64,000 bases of DNA from an uncultured Acidobacteriota bacterium (GTDB taxonomy: Bacteria; Acidobacteriota; Thermoanaerobaculia; Multivoradales; JAHEKO01), in contig CAVQNG010000003.1 of NCBI GenBank assembly GCA_963713825.1, positions 1,216,001 to 1,280,000 of the forward strand, in the 5' to 3' direction. This document shows positions 55,441 through 64,000 of this stretch, piece by piece. The notes beneath the pieces are model-generated. The model was not told the DNA's origin and ran no database searches. It saw only the letters and a list, made by a program, of their open reading frames with translations. Numbering within the stretch: the stretch's first letter is position 1; the number at the start of each line of letters is the position of its first letter. Position numbers and translations under genes: made by a program.

Positions 55441-57387
55441 CTAGTCCAGATAGGTGTATCCCTGAAGCTCGGTGCGGTAGAAGCGACGCAGGACCCGACT
55501 CTCTTCGAGATTGATCCGGCCCTCGGCGACGGCCGACTCGCAGTCGTCGGTGAGAGCCCGGAGAATACCCTTGGGGTCGAAGCGCACATAGGAAAGGACG
55601 TCCTGGGTGGTGTCGCCCTCGACATAGTCCTCGATTCGCCAGGCACCGCCCTCGGTGGCCCGAATGTGGACCACGTGATGGTCTCCAAACAGGTTGTGAA
55701 AGTCGCCCAGCGTGTCTTGGTAGGCACCGACGAGGAACACCCCGAGGTAGTAGGGCTCTGCCTGGTTCAGCTCGTGGACATCGAGTGCCGGGCGGATCCC
55801 CTCCTCGCCGATGAACCGGCCGATCTTGCCATCGGAATCGCAGGTGAGGTCGCCGAGAACCGCCGTGCGAGAGGGAGGCTCGTCGAGTCGGTGGATGGGC
55901 ATGACCGGAAAGACCTGATCGATGGCCCATACATCCGGCAGGGACTGGAAGAGTGAGAAGTTGCAGAAGTAAACCATGTCCAGGCTGCGTCGAATGGTCT
56001 CGACTTCCTCCGGAGGCTCGTTCATCTCCGAGCCGCACTCGACCAAGGCGAGACAGGCCGCGTGGAACATCTTCTCGGCCAGCGCAGCCCAGAGCAGGTC
56101 GAGATATCCGACCGAGAAGAGTTGCATCGCCTGACGGCGAGCCTCGACGGCGTCGTGGTAGCACTCCGCAATGCGATCCGGAGCCACCGACTCCAGGGCT
56201 TCGAGCATGTCGGCCAAGGGCTGGTGCTCGGCAATGGCATCGCGGTCGATCGTCGACAGATCGAGGGTGCGGCCCAGCACAGAAGGATCCGACCTGCCGA
56301 TGACCTCGACCACCAGCACGCTCTGGTAGGTCGCCAAGGCTCGCCCCGATTCGGTGACGATCGTCGGGTGGGGCAGGCCGCGGCCGTCGCAAGCCGACGC
56401 GATGCGGTAGACGATCTGACTGGCGTACTCTTCGAGGGTGTAGTTGATCGAGCTCGGGGTATCCGACTGGCTGCCATCGTAGTCGACTCCCAGGCCGCCG
56501 CCAACATCGATGTACTCGAGCCCAGCACCCATCGCGGCCAGCTCGCAATAGACCTGGGAAAGCTCGCCGACAGCACCCTTGATGTACCGGATGTCCTGGA
56601 TCTGGCTGCCGGCGTGGCAGTGGACCAGTTTCAGGCAGTCTTCCATGCGATGGCGCTGAAGCTCTTCGAAGACCTCCAGGACCTCACTCAAGGAGAGTCC
56701 GAATTTCGCCTTTGAACCTACCGAGTCTCCCCATCGGCTCATGCTTTTCGAGGAGAGCTTGACCCTGACCCCGAGTCGCGGCCTGACCTGATGGAGCTCG
56801 GAAAACTCCAGAATCATGCGCAGCTCTCTTCGATTCTCGATTACAGGGATGATGTTGCGCCCCAGCTTGGTCGCCAGGATCGCGGCCTCGATATAGCTCC
56901 TGTCCTTGAAGCCGTTGCATATCAGCAGGCGCTCTGGCGCCCCGGTACTGACGGCAAGGCTCGCCATGAGTTCGGGTTTCGAGCCGACCTCCAACCCGAA
57001 TCCATATCGTGCTCCACTTCGGAAGACGGCCTCGACAGTCGGACGTTGCTGGTTGACCTTGATGGGATAGACGGCCTGATAGCCACCTTTGTAGGCGTTT
57101 TCCTCGATTGCCGCCGCGAAGGCCGTGTAGATCCTCTTCAATCGGTGGTCGAGGATATCGACGAAGTTGAGCGCGACGGGGGGTGCGAGGTCGCGCGCTC
57201 GCAGACCTTCGACGATGTGAAGTAGGTCGAGCTCGCGCTCCTCTGTAGCATCGACCCGAACGCCGATGTGCCCGGCTTCGTTGATTCGGAAATAGCCCTC
57301 TCCCCAGTCCTCGACCCGGTAAAGCTCGGACGAGTGCCGCGGGCTCCAAACAGGCTGCTGCTCCATAGAGGCCGTCTTCCTGAGCAT
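55441..57387 (-). CDS. speA: biosynthetic arginine decarboxylase
   Basis: WGEGYF, YPIKVNQ (PLP Lys), GLEVGSKPE, KFGL, DVGGGLGVDYDG, NFSLFQSLPD.W, DLTCDSDG, HNLFG. Confidence 0.96.
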   Translation of the reverse strand: MLRKTASMEQQPVWSPRHSSELYRVEDWGEGYFRINEAGHIGVRVDATEERELDLLHIVEGLRARDLAPPVALNFVDILDHRLKRIYTAFAAAIEENAYKGGYQAVYPIKVNQQRPTVEAVFRSGARYGFGLEVGSKPELMASLAVSTGAPERLLICNGFKDRSYIEAAILATKLGRNIIPVIENRRELRMILEFSELHQVRPRLGVRVKLSSKSMSRWGDSVGSKAKFGLSLSEVLEVFEELQRHRMEDCLKLVHCHAGSQIQDIRYIKGAVGELSQVYCELAAMGAGLEYIDVGGGLGVDYDGSQSDTPSSINYTLEEYASQIVYRIASACDGRGLPHPTIVTESGRALATYQSVLVVEVIGRSDPSVLGRTLDLSTIDRDAIAEHQPLADMLEALESVAPDRIAECYHDAVEARRQAMQLFSVGYLDLLWAALAEKMFHAACLALVECGSEMNEPPEEVETIRRSLDMVYFCNFSLFQSLPDVWAIDQVFPVMPIHRLDEPPSRTAVLGDLTCDSDGKIGRFIGEEGIRPALDVHELNQAEPYYLGVFLVGAYQDTLGDFHNLFGDHHVVHIRATEGGAWRIEDYVEGDTTQDVLSYVRFDPKGILRALTDDCESAVAEGRINLEESRVLRRFYRTELQGYTYLD

Positions 57388-57468
57388 GGCAAGATTCTAC
57401 TCGTCGCAACCCTGGCGAACGCTACCGTGGTCGGTTTTAGAGTTCGCGCCCCGAAGTGCAGGTCCCGA

Positions 57469-58374
57469 TTACCCGTGCTTGAGGAAGGTCCCGGCCTCGA
57501 ACTCGGCGAAGGCCTGCCTTAGCTCCTCGCGGGTGTTCATTACGATCGGCCCGTACCAGGCAACAGGCTCTTCGAGCGGCTTGCCCGAGACCAGCAGAAA
57601 CCGGATGCCATGCTCGCCGGCGCGCACCGTGACCTCGTCGCCGCGGTCGAAGAGAACGAGCGAGCGGTTGTCGGCCTCCTCGGAGAGCGAGGTGTCGATC
57701 CAGCCAGCCCCTTCGGTGGGCACTTCCAGGGGAGCCGACGCGTTGCAGAACTTCCCTGAGCCGGCAAAGACGTAGGCAAATGCCTGTTGGGTCGTCTCGA
57801 CGGGAATGGTCTTGGCTTTGCCCGGGGGCACCCAGACATCGATGTACTGGGGATCGGCCGCAATGCCGTCGACCGGGCCCTTGGCGCCCCAGAGACTGCC
57901 GCATATCACGCGGACCTTCGTCCCGTCGTCATCGATGACCTCAGGGATATCGCCCGACTGGACCTCTTGGTAGCGAGGCGGAGTCATCTTGAGCGACGAA
58001 GGCAGGTTCGCCCAGAGTTGAAAGCCGTGCATCTTGCCCTGTTCGTCACCCTGGGGCATCTCCTGATGGATGATTCCGCTGCCCGCCGTCATCCACTGCA
58101 CGTCTCCAGGCGCGATGGCACCCTGGTTGCCCAGGCTGTCGCCGTGCTCGACCGTTCCCGCCAGGACATAGGTAATGGTCTCGATTCCACGGTGGGGGTG
58201 CCATGGGAAGCCAGCCTCGAAATCTTCGGGCCGGTCATTGCGGAAGTCGTCCAGCAAGAGGAACGGATCGAAGTCTTCGGTCTTGCCGAAGCCGAAGGCT
58301 CGACGCAGTTGCACTCCGGCGCCCTCGACAGTGGGCTTCGCCTTGATGACTCCCTTGATCGGTCGAATCGACAC
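57469..58374 (-). CDS. pirin family protein
   Basis: DPFLLLD, GFPWHPHRGIETITY, WMTAGSGIIHQE, QLWANLP, GPIVMN; AAGGAGG RBS. Confidence 0.95.
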   Translation of the reverse strand: MSIRPIKGVIKAKPTVEGAGVQLRRAFGFGKTEDFDPFLLLDDFRNDRPEDFEAGFPWHPHRGIETITYVLAGTVEHGDSLGNQGAIAPGDVQWMTAGSGIIHQEMPQGDEQGKMHGFQLWANLPSSLKMTPPRYQEVQSGDIPEVIDDDGTKVRVICGSLWGAKGPVDGIAADPQYIDVWVPPGKAKTIPVETTQQAFAYVFAGSGKFCNASAPLEVPTEGAGWIDTSLSEEADNRSLVLFDRGDEVTVRAGEHGIRFLLVSGKPLEEPVAWYGPIVMNTREELRQAFAEFEAGTFLKHG

Positions 58375-58502
58375 GGCGACCTCCTTACGGGTAGATGGAT
58401 CGTGGCTGTACTGTACCTTCTTCCTGCCCCCTGGTACGATCCTGCGAGGGCAGAAACCGCCGCGCCTCGACCTTTCTCCATTCCATCGCAAGGAGCAAAA
58501 AC

Positions 58503-61500
58503 GTGAAGAAGCTGAGTGCTGTCGTTGTCGCGATTCTCATGTTTGCACCCATCGTCGCAATGGCGGCCGATGAGGCTGCCGCCGAGCTCGAAACCAAGCT
58601 CAACGCCGATACGCTGGCGGGACTCGCCTTGCGAAACATCGGCCCATCCATCAATTCTGGGCGCATCTCGGATTTTGCCGTGACGCCGGGCAAGCGGCAT
58701 CGGTACTTCATTGCCACCTCGTCGGGAAACCTCTGGAAAACCGACAACGCCGGCACGACGTGGACGCCGGTTTTCGACAACGAGGGTTCCTACTCTGTTG
58801 GTGTCGTGACAATGGACCCCAATAACCCGAATGTCATCTGGGCCGGCACTGGCGAGAACAATTCCCAGCGCTCGGTTTCCTTCGGTGATGGCGTCTACAA
58901 GAGCCTGGATGGGGGGCAGAGTTGGTCCCACATGGGCCTGAAGGAATCGGAGCACATCGGAGGAATCGAAGTCGATCCTCGTAACTCCGACGTCGTCTTC
59001 GTCGCCGCCCAGGGTCCACTTTGGAACTCGGGGGGAGAGCGCGGTCTCTACAAGACGATCGATGGCGGCGCCACCTGGGAGCGGGTGCTACATGTCGATG
59101 ACGACACGGGCGCCAACGAGGTCTGGTTGGATCCGCGCGATCCAGACACGATCTATGCCAGCACCTACCAGCGTCGCCGGCATGTATGGACACTGATCAA
59201 CGGTGGTCCCGGTTCCGGAATCTGGAAGTCCATCGACGGTGGCGTCACCTGGCGAGAGCTCGAGAAGGGCCTGCCGAAGGTCGACATGGGCCGCATCGGT
59301 CTGGCCATATCACCGGGTAATCCCGACGTGATCTACGCGATCATCGAGGCGCAGCGCGACGAGGGTGGGGTCTTTCGGACTACGGACCGCGGTGAGAGCT
59401 GGACCAAGCGCGGAGACTACATATCTTCGAGCCCGCAGTACTACAACACGTTGGTCGCCGACCCCCACGACGTCGACACCGTCTACTCACTCGACACGTT
59501 TCTGCAGGTCTCGAAGGATGGTGGTGCGACCTTCACTCCCGTCGGTGAGAAGGCGAAGCACGTGGACAATCACGCCATGTGGATCGATCCGGATGACCCC
59601 GATTATGTGCTCGTGGGGTGTGACGGTGGCGTATACGAGAGTTTCGACCGCGGCGCCAACTGGTTGTTCAAGGAGAATCTGCCGATTACCCAGTTCTACC
59701 GGGTCAGCGTCGACACATCGGAGCCCTTCTACTACGTCTACGGTGGGACCCAGGACAACAACACGCTCGGCGGGCCCAGCCGCACGCTGCGCCAGTCGGG
59801 AATCTCCAACGAAGACTGGTTCATCACTGTCGGTGGCGATGGCTACGAGACCGTGATCGACCCGACCAACCCGGACATCGTCTACTCGCAGTGGCAGTAC
59901 GGGGGTCTGGTGCGCTACGACCGGCGGTCCGAGGAGATCGTCGACATCCAACCGCAGGAAGAGCCGGGGGAGGCTGCCCACCGCTGGAACTGGGACGCAC
60001 CGCTGATCCTCTCCCCTCATTCGCCGACCCGTCTCTATTTTGCCGCTCAGCGTCTCTTCCGCTCGGACGATCGGGGCGATACCTGGACCGCGATCTCCGA
60101 CGACTTGAGCCGACAGATCGATCGTGACCAACTACCGGTCATGGGCCGCGTCTGGGGCATGGACGCAGTGTCCAAGAATCGGTCGACCTCGGACTACGGC
60201 AACATCGTGTCGCTGACCGAGTCCACACTGGAAGAGGGGCTCATCTATGTCGGCACCGACGATGGCCTCATTCAAGTGACCGAGGACGGTGGTGGCAGCT
60301 GGCGCAGGACCGAACGCTTCGCCGGGGTGCCCGAGAACACCTACGTCAGCGACATCGAGGCATCGCGTTTCGATGCCGACACAGCGTATGCCACCTTCGA
60401 CAACCACAAGCAGGGTGACTTCGACCCGTACGTGCTCGTCAGCCGGGACCGCGGTCGCACCTGGAGCTCCATGCGCGGTGACCTGCCGGATCGGGAGGTG
60501 GCCTATACCCTGATCCAGGACCACGTAAAGCCTGAGCTGCTCTTCGTCGGCACCGAGTTCGGCCTTTACGTGACCATCGACGAGGGAAACCACTGGCACC
60601 GGCTGAAGGGCGGCTTCCCGACGATGCAGGTGAGGGACCTCGAGATCCAACGGGACTGGAATGACCTCGCAGTGGCCACCTTCGGCCGCGGGTTCTACAT
60701 TCTGGACGACTACACACCGTTACGGGCCATGACGGAGGACGGCCTGGCGACGGACGAGGCGATCCTCTTCCCGACCAGGGAGGCCCTGCTGTACATCGAG
60801 CAACCCGATCGGGTGGGGGACCGAGGCAAGGGCTTCTGGACGACGCCGAATCCGCCGTTTGGAGCCGTCTTCACCTACTGGCTCCGAGATGGCCTCAAGA
60901 CCAAGAAGGATCTCCGCATCGAGGCCGAGACGGAGGCCAGAGAAGACGAGACCGACGCGCCGCTGTCCACGATGGAGGAGTTGCGGGCAGAGGATCTGGA
61001 GCTGGAGCCGGCAGTGTTCCTCACGGTCCGAGATGGCCAGGGATCGTTGGTCCGCCGGGTGAAAGCCGAGCAGGGTGCTGGACTCCACCGTGTGGCCTGG
61101 GATCTGCGATTGCCGCCCGCGGCACCGACGAGTCTGACGCCGGAAGCCAATCTGTCTCCATGGGCAACGCCCGAGAAGGGTCCACTCGCCTTTCCGGGCT
61201 CCTACACGGCAGCCCTCGAAGCGAGGGTCGGGACGGAATGGCGACCGCTCGGTGGGCCGGTGGATTTCGAGGTCGTGCCGCTGAATCTGGCGACCCTGAC
61301 GCCCGAAGATCAGGCGGCTGTCATGGCTTTCCGCCAAGAGGTTCGCGAACTGCGGCGCAACGTCCTTGGCGCCTCTGAGGTTCTCGGCGAGATCGACCAG
61401 CGCGTCAGCCATCTGCGACAGGCCCTGCTGGATACGCCGGAGGCCGATCTGGCCCTGCTGGTCGAGCTGGAAGGTCTCAAGAGCCAGTTGGATTCGATTC

Positions 61501-61772
61501 AGCTCGCGTTCTCGGGCGATCGGACCCGGTCGAGTCGAAACGTCTTCACGCCACCCTCGATCGTCGGACGCGTGGAGCGCATCGCGTCAGACCAGTGGGA
61601 CACGACGCAGGCTCCAACGACGACCCATAAACAGGGTTACCAGTGGGCGTCGGAGGCCTACGAGTCTGAGCTCTCGAAGATGAGGCAGTTGGTTGTGGCT
61701 CTGGAGACTCTGGAGGAGAAGGCCGACGCAGCCGGGGCACCCTGGACCCCGGGGCGGATGCCCAGCCAATAG
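58503..61772 (+). CDS. VPS10/BNR-repeat beta-propeller glycosyl-hydrolase-like secreted protein
   Basis: RNIGP..SGR, many S/T-x-D-G-G-x-T/S-W Asp-boxes, GGTQDN, GGDG, ATFGRG; AAGGAG RBS. Confidence 0.9.
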   Translation: MKKLSAVVVAILMFAPIVAMAADEAAAELETKLNADTLAGLALRNIGPSINSGRISDFAVTPGKRHRYFIATSSGNLWKTDNAGTTWTPVFDNEGSYSVGVVTMDPNNPNVIWAGTGENNSQRSVSFGDGVYKSLDGGQSWSHMGLKESEHIGGIEVDPRNSDVVFVAAQGPLWNSGGERGLYKTIDGGATWERVLHVDDDTGANEVWLDPRDPDTIYASTYQRRRHVWTLINGGPGSGIWKSIDGGVTWRELEKGLPKVDMGRIGLAISPGNPDVIYAIIEAQRDEGGVFRTTDRGESWTKRGDYISSSPQYYNTLVADPHDVDTVYSLDTFLQVSKDGGATFTPVGEKAKHVDNHAMWIDPDDPDYVLVGCDGGVYESFDRGANWLFKENLPITQFYRVSVDTSEPFYYVYGGTQDNNTLGGPSRTLRQSGISNEDWFITVGGDGYETVIDPTNPDIVYSQWQYGGLVRYDRRSEEIVDIQPQEEPGEAAHRWNWDAPLILSPHSPTRLYFAAQRLFRSDDRGDTWTAISDDLSRQIDRDQLPVMGRVWGMDAVSKNRSTSDYGNIVSLTESTLEEGLIYVGTDDGLIQVTEDGGGSWRRTERFAGVPENTYVSDIEASRFDADTAYATFDNHKQGDFDPYVLVSRDRGRTWSSMRGDLPDREVAYTLIQDHVKPELLFVGTEFGLYVTIDEGNHWHRLKGGFPTMQVRDLEIQRDWNDLAVATFGRGFYILDDYTPLRAMTEDGLATDEAILFPTREALLYIEQPDRVGDRGKGFWTTPNPPFGAVFTYWLRDGLKTKKDLRIEAETEAREDETDAPLSTMEELRAEDLELEPAVFLTVRDGQGSLVRRVKAEQGAGLHRVAWDLRLPPAAPTSLTPEANLSPWATPEKGPLAFPGSYTAALEARVGTEWRPLGGPVDFEVVPLNLATLTPEDQAAVMAFRQEVRELRRNVLGASEVLGEIDQRVSHLRQALLDTPEADLALLVELEGLKSQLDSIQLAFSGDRTRSSRNVFTPPSIVGRVERIASDQWDTTQAPTTTHKQGYQWASEAYESELSKMRQLVVALETLEEKADAAGAPWTPGRMPSQ

Positions 61773-61804
61773 AACGAAGATGCCAGTAACGAAGAGCCAG
61801 TATC

Positions 61805-61834
61805 GAGGCGGCCGGCCAGGTGGCCGGTCGCCTC
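61805..61834. terminator. GC-rich hairpin between convergent genes, probable terminator
   Basis: GAGGCGGCCGGCC-AGGT-GGCCGGTCGCCTC: 13-bp stem with one G-T pair, followed by TTCATTT. Confidence 0.65.
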
Positions 61835-61835
61835 T

Positions 61836-62939
61836 TCATTTCTGTGATTCGCTACCGGCCTCTGCAGGCAGGTTGATCACTGTTCCACCAAAGCCCTGAG
61901 TCCGAGTGCGGGCGTACCGTGCATCCATGATGTGGACTCGACCTTCGGTCTGACCGTGAGCTAGCTCCATCCATGGAAAGCGAACCCAAGACAGAAATCC
62001 TCTCGACTGACCGGAGTCTTCGACCTCCGACCAGAGCTCGCTCGATTTGGCGTCGGGACGCTCGAAGTCGGTGAATTGCAGCGACCTGTCGCCGAGCCAT
62101 GAGATGTGGCCGTGGCGTAGGCGGCCGCCCTGCTCGACAACGAACTCCCACGACAGGGGATTGGCGGGAACCGGCCCGACCATGAGGCCTTCCAGCGGTT
62201 TCGATACCGGCTGCACGAGCTGTGAGCGGACGCGATGCTCGGTCGCTCGGTGCAGAAACAGCATCGAAACGATGAAGAGACTAGCCCCCATGAGACCAGC
62301 GATGGCGGTTCTGTGGCTCGACATCCAGGCCGCGCCCGGCCTGGCGAGAAGAGCGAGCAGCAGGAGGAACAAGACTGCGAGAATCATCGGCAAGTAGCCA
62401 GGTGCCCGGCTCGCCACAACGTAGAGCAAGAGGGCCGCAACGCAGGCAGAGACGGTAACCAGACGTCGAGTCGCACGCCGACCGACGAGCCAGCCAAACC
62501 CGAGAATCAGCCAGAGCCAGGGATCCATGATGAAGACCGAGTCCCCGTAGTACCACTTGTCGCTGAAAGGCATCCACCAACGCATGCCGTAGGTGTTCAG
62601 CCAGTCGAGAAAAGGGTGGGTCAGGGTCGCTAGGTAGCAAAGGCCAAACAGCCAGCCGACCGCCAAAGGCCGGTCGGCACCTCCTCGATTTCGACGCAAT
62701 CGCTCCCACAAGAGGAACGCGAGAGCCAGCAGTGCCGGCAAGACCACCAACGCGAGAACACCGTGGGTCCAGCCACGTCGGAAACCCAGCGCAAAGTCCC
62801 CTCCCGCAAGGTACGACAGCACATCGACGTCGGGTAGGTTGGCCCCGATCACCAGGGCTGGCGCAGCATATCGGGTGCGCACCCCAAGCCGGGTGGCAGC
62901 CATCGATGCTCCGACAAGGGTATGGGTGACAGGATCCAT
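61836..62939 (-). CDS. YdjM-like inner-membrane metal-dependent hydrolase
   Basis: MDPVTH, NLPDVD, RRGWTH, HPFLDWLNTYG, IMDP. Confidence 0.9.
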   Translation of the reverse strand: MDPVTHTLVGASMAATRLGVRTRYAAPALVIGANLPDVDVLSYLAGGDFALGFRRGWTHGVLALVVLPALLALAFLLWERLRRNRGGADRPLAVGWLFGLCYLATLTHPFLDWLNTYGMRWWMPFSDKWYYGDSVFIMDPWLWLILGFGWLVGRRATRRLVTVSACVAALLLYVVASRAPGYLPMILAVLFLLLLALLARPGAAWMSSHRTAIAGLMGASLFIVSMLFLHRATEHRVRSQLVQPVSKPLEGLMVGPVPANPLSWEFVVEQGGRLRHGHISWLGDRSLQFTDFERPDAKSSELWSEVEDSGQSRGFLSWVRFPWMELAHGQTEGRVHIMDARYARTRTQGFGGTVINLPAEAGSESQK

Positions 62940-63043
62940 GATCTTACTCGCAAACTGGCGACGGCTTTCGTTTGGAGGCCGCACCCTACCAGGAATTCTC
63001 GCGAATCGGGCCGCTCTGGCCCTGGCTATCCAATCAATCGGGT

Positions 63044-63511
63044 ATGTCGACCCCATGGCGCAAACCGGTACCCCGCGGCAACTATGTCGCCGACCCGGAG
63101 GGGATCGAGCGTTCGCTCGCCTCGATTGGCACCCGCTGGATGGTGACGATGCGTCCGGAGTTGTTGCAGGGGCCCGATGTCTGGACCTTCACAGGCAAGA
63201 ACGGTCTCCCTCTTTTCGTTCGGGAAATGCCGCCTCCTGTCGCCCCCTGGCCTATGGGAGTCTATGACCATGGACCAGTGCCGGTGAAGTTGCTGGAAAA
63301 TGGCGAGGTCGTCACCCTGGAAGCCGTCGACGACCCTCCCGATATGGGAATCGGTCGGGAAATGCGATGGTCGGCCGAAAGCGACGGGAGGCTTCGGGGT
63401 CGAGTCCGCCAGTTGTCGCCTGTCTGGATTGTCGGTGAGATCCTGGCCGTGGCCCTGACACTGATACTGCTGTGGCGATCGTCGGGCGGAATCACCTGGC
63501 AGAGGGCGTAG
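63044..63511 (+). CDS. hypothetical protein with C-terminal TM helix
   Basis: ORF fills the gap between two minus-strand genes; hydrophobic C-terminus. Start uncertain. Confidence 0.55.
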   Translation: MSTPWRKPVPRGNYVADPEGIERSLASIGTRWMVTMRPELLQGPDVWTFTGKNGLPLFVREMPPPVAPWPMGVYDHGPVPVKLLENGEVVTLEAVDDPPDMGIGREMRWSAESDGRLRGRVRQLSPVWIVGEILAVALTLILLWRSSGGITWQRA

Positions 63512-64000
63512 GGCCGTGGTCTGCAGATAGATTGACCTTCTGAAGGGTCTCGTAGATCGGACCTTCCGAGGTCAGTGAGCTCTGGACCAGGTGAATCTCC
63601 GCCAGTCGATCTTCCCAAGGTCGAGAGGTGTCGAAGTGCCTGTCGATTGCCTCCTGGACTGCCGCTGCCTCGGTGCGCCGGGCGCTCTTCTTGAATCTTG
63701 CAAGAGTGGCGTGCGGCGGCTTGGGGCGAACCTTGAGTGAGGGAATGCTCCTGCTCAAGTGAGCAACGATAGCCGCCTGCACCTCGGAGACCTGCTTGGT
63801 TCCGGCACCAACATCGACACAGATCAACCTGGGTTGGCCGCGGCCCATGAGAATCCGCGGCGGTTCGAGGGAAAAGAAGAAGCTCTCGAGCTCCGACACA
63901 GCCGCGAGGTCAGCTCTGCAGTGCTCGACATCACCATCTGAAAGCTCGCCCAGGAAGGCCAGCGTGAGATGGTGGGACTCCGGTGGAATCGGACGCAGAA
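63492..64000 (-). CDS. thpR: RNA 2',3'-cyclic phosphodiesterase (2H family), 5' end outside window
   Basis: Two HxT motifs (HLTLAFLG and PHATLAR), LVQS.L...GPIY. Confidence 0.88.
   Translation of the reverse strand, partial: LRPIPPESHHLTLAFLGELSDGDVEHCRADLAAVSELESFFFSLEPPRILMGRGQPRLICVDVGAGTKQVSEVQAAIVAHLSRSIPSLKVRPKPPHATLARFKKSARRTEAAAVQEAIDRHFDTSRPWEDRLAEIHLVQSSLTSEGPIYETLQKVNLSADHGPTPSAR

Noticed and set aside
58700-60620. Recurring similar DNA segments in the VPS10 gene
   Set aside because: They encode Asp-box (BNR) protein repeats; there is no spacer-repeat structure, so this is not CRISPR.
61773-61801. Short tandem duplication AACGAAGATGCCAGT / AACGAAGAGCCAGT
   Set aside because: Two 14-15 bp copies next to a terminator, most simply replication slippage; too short for an array.
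1-64000. Mobile elements, defence systems, CRISPR, rRNA/tRNA
   Set aside because: No transposase, integrase, phage, cas or known defence-gene motifs and no RNA-gene signatures were found by eye; covariance-model searches were not possible.

Overview
GC-rich bacterial chromosomal window, densely coding, with about 50 real genes. The gene content and signal-peptide style suggest a diderm, protein-degrading organism, possibly Acidobacteriota; that placement is inference only. I saw no rRNA, tRNA, CRISPR array, transposase or phage genes. From left to right: (1) 0.2-7 kb is an eroding minus-strand cluster (DUF427, SOUL heme-binding protein, SAM methyltransferase, SDR, YbjT/DUF2867, small membrane proteins). 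It holds gene remnants, including a ferritin-like gene and an SDR gene that kept both ends and lost their middles, plus a 129-bp decayed copy of a downstream DUF3604 gene. (2) A divergent GT-C-like / UbiA (DPPR-synthase-like) pair. (3) A DUF3604 - outer-membrane barrel - DUF3604 unit, followed by TonB-C-like, DUF748 and SLC12 cation-chloride cotransporter genes. (4) A membrane-anchored reductive-dehalogenase-like protein and a DUF3311/SSS symporter pair. (5) Many peptidases (M20, tricorn S41, M3, S10, S9B). (6) An arylsulfotransferase, two GT-C-like membrane proteins and a Thr-type sulfatase-like lipoprotein. (7) An orphan MurF-like ligase with a C-terminal Cys4 motif, a GPP34 protein, a speA-speB plus DHS-like polyamine locus, pirin, a VPS10/BNR protein, a YdjM-like hydrolase and a partial thpR. 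Several genes appear leaderless (a TANNNT box 6-7 nt before the start codon). All family calls come from motif recognition by eye; no database search was run.
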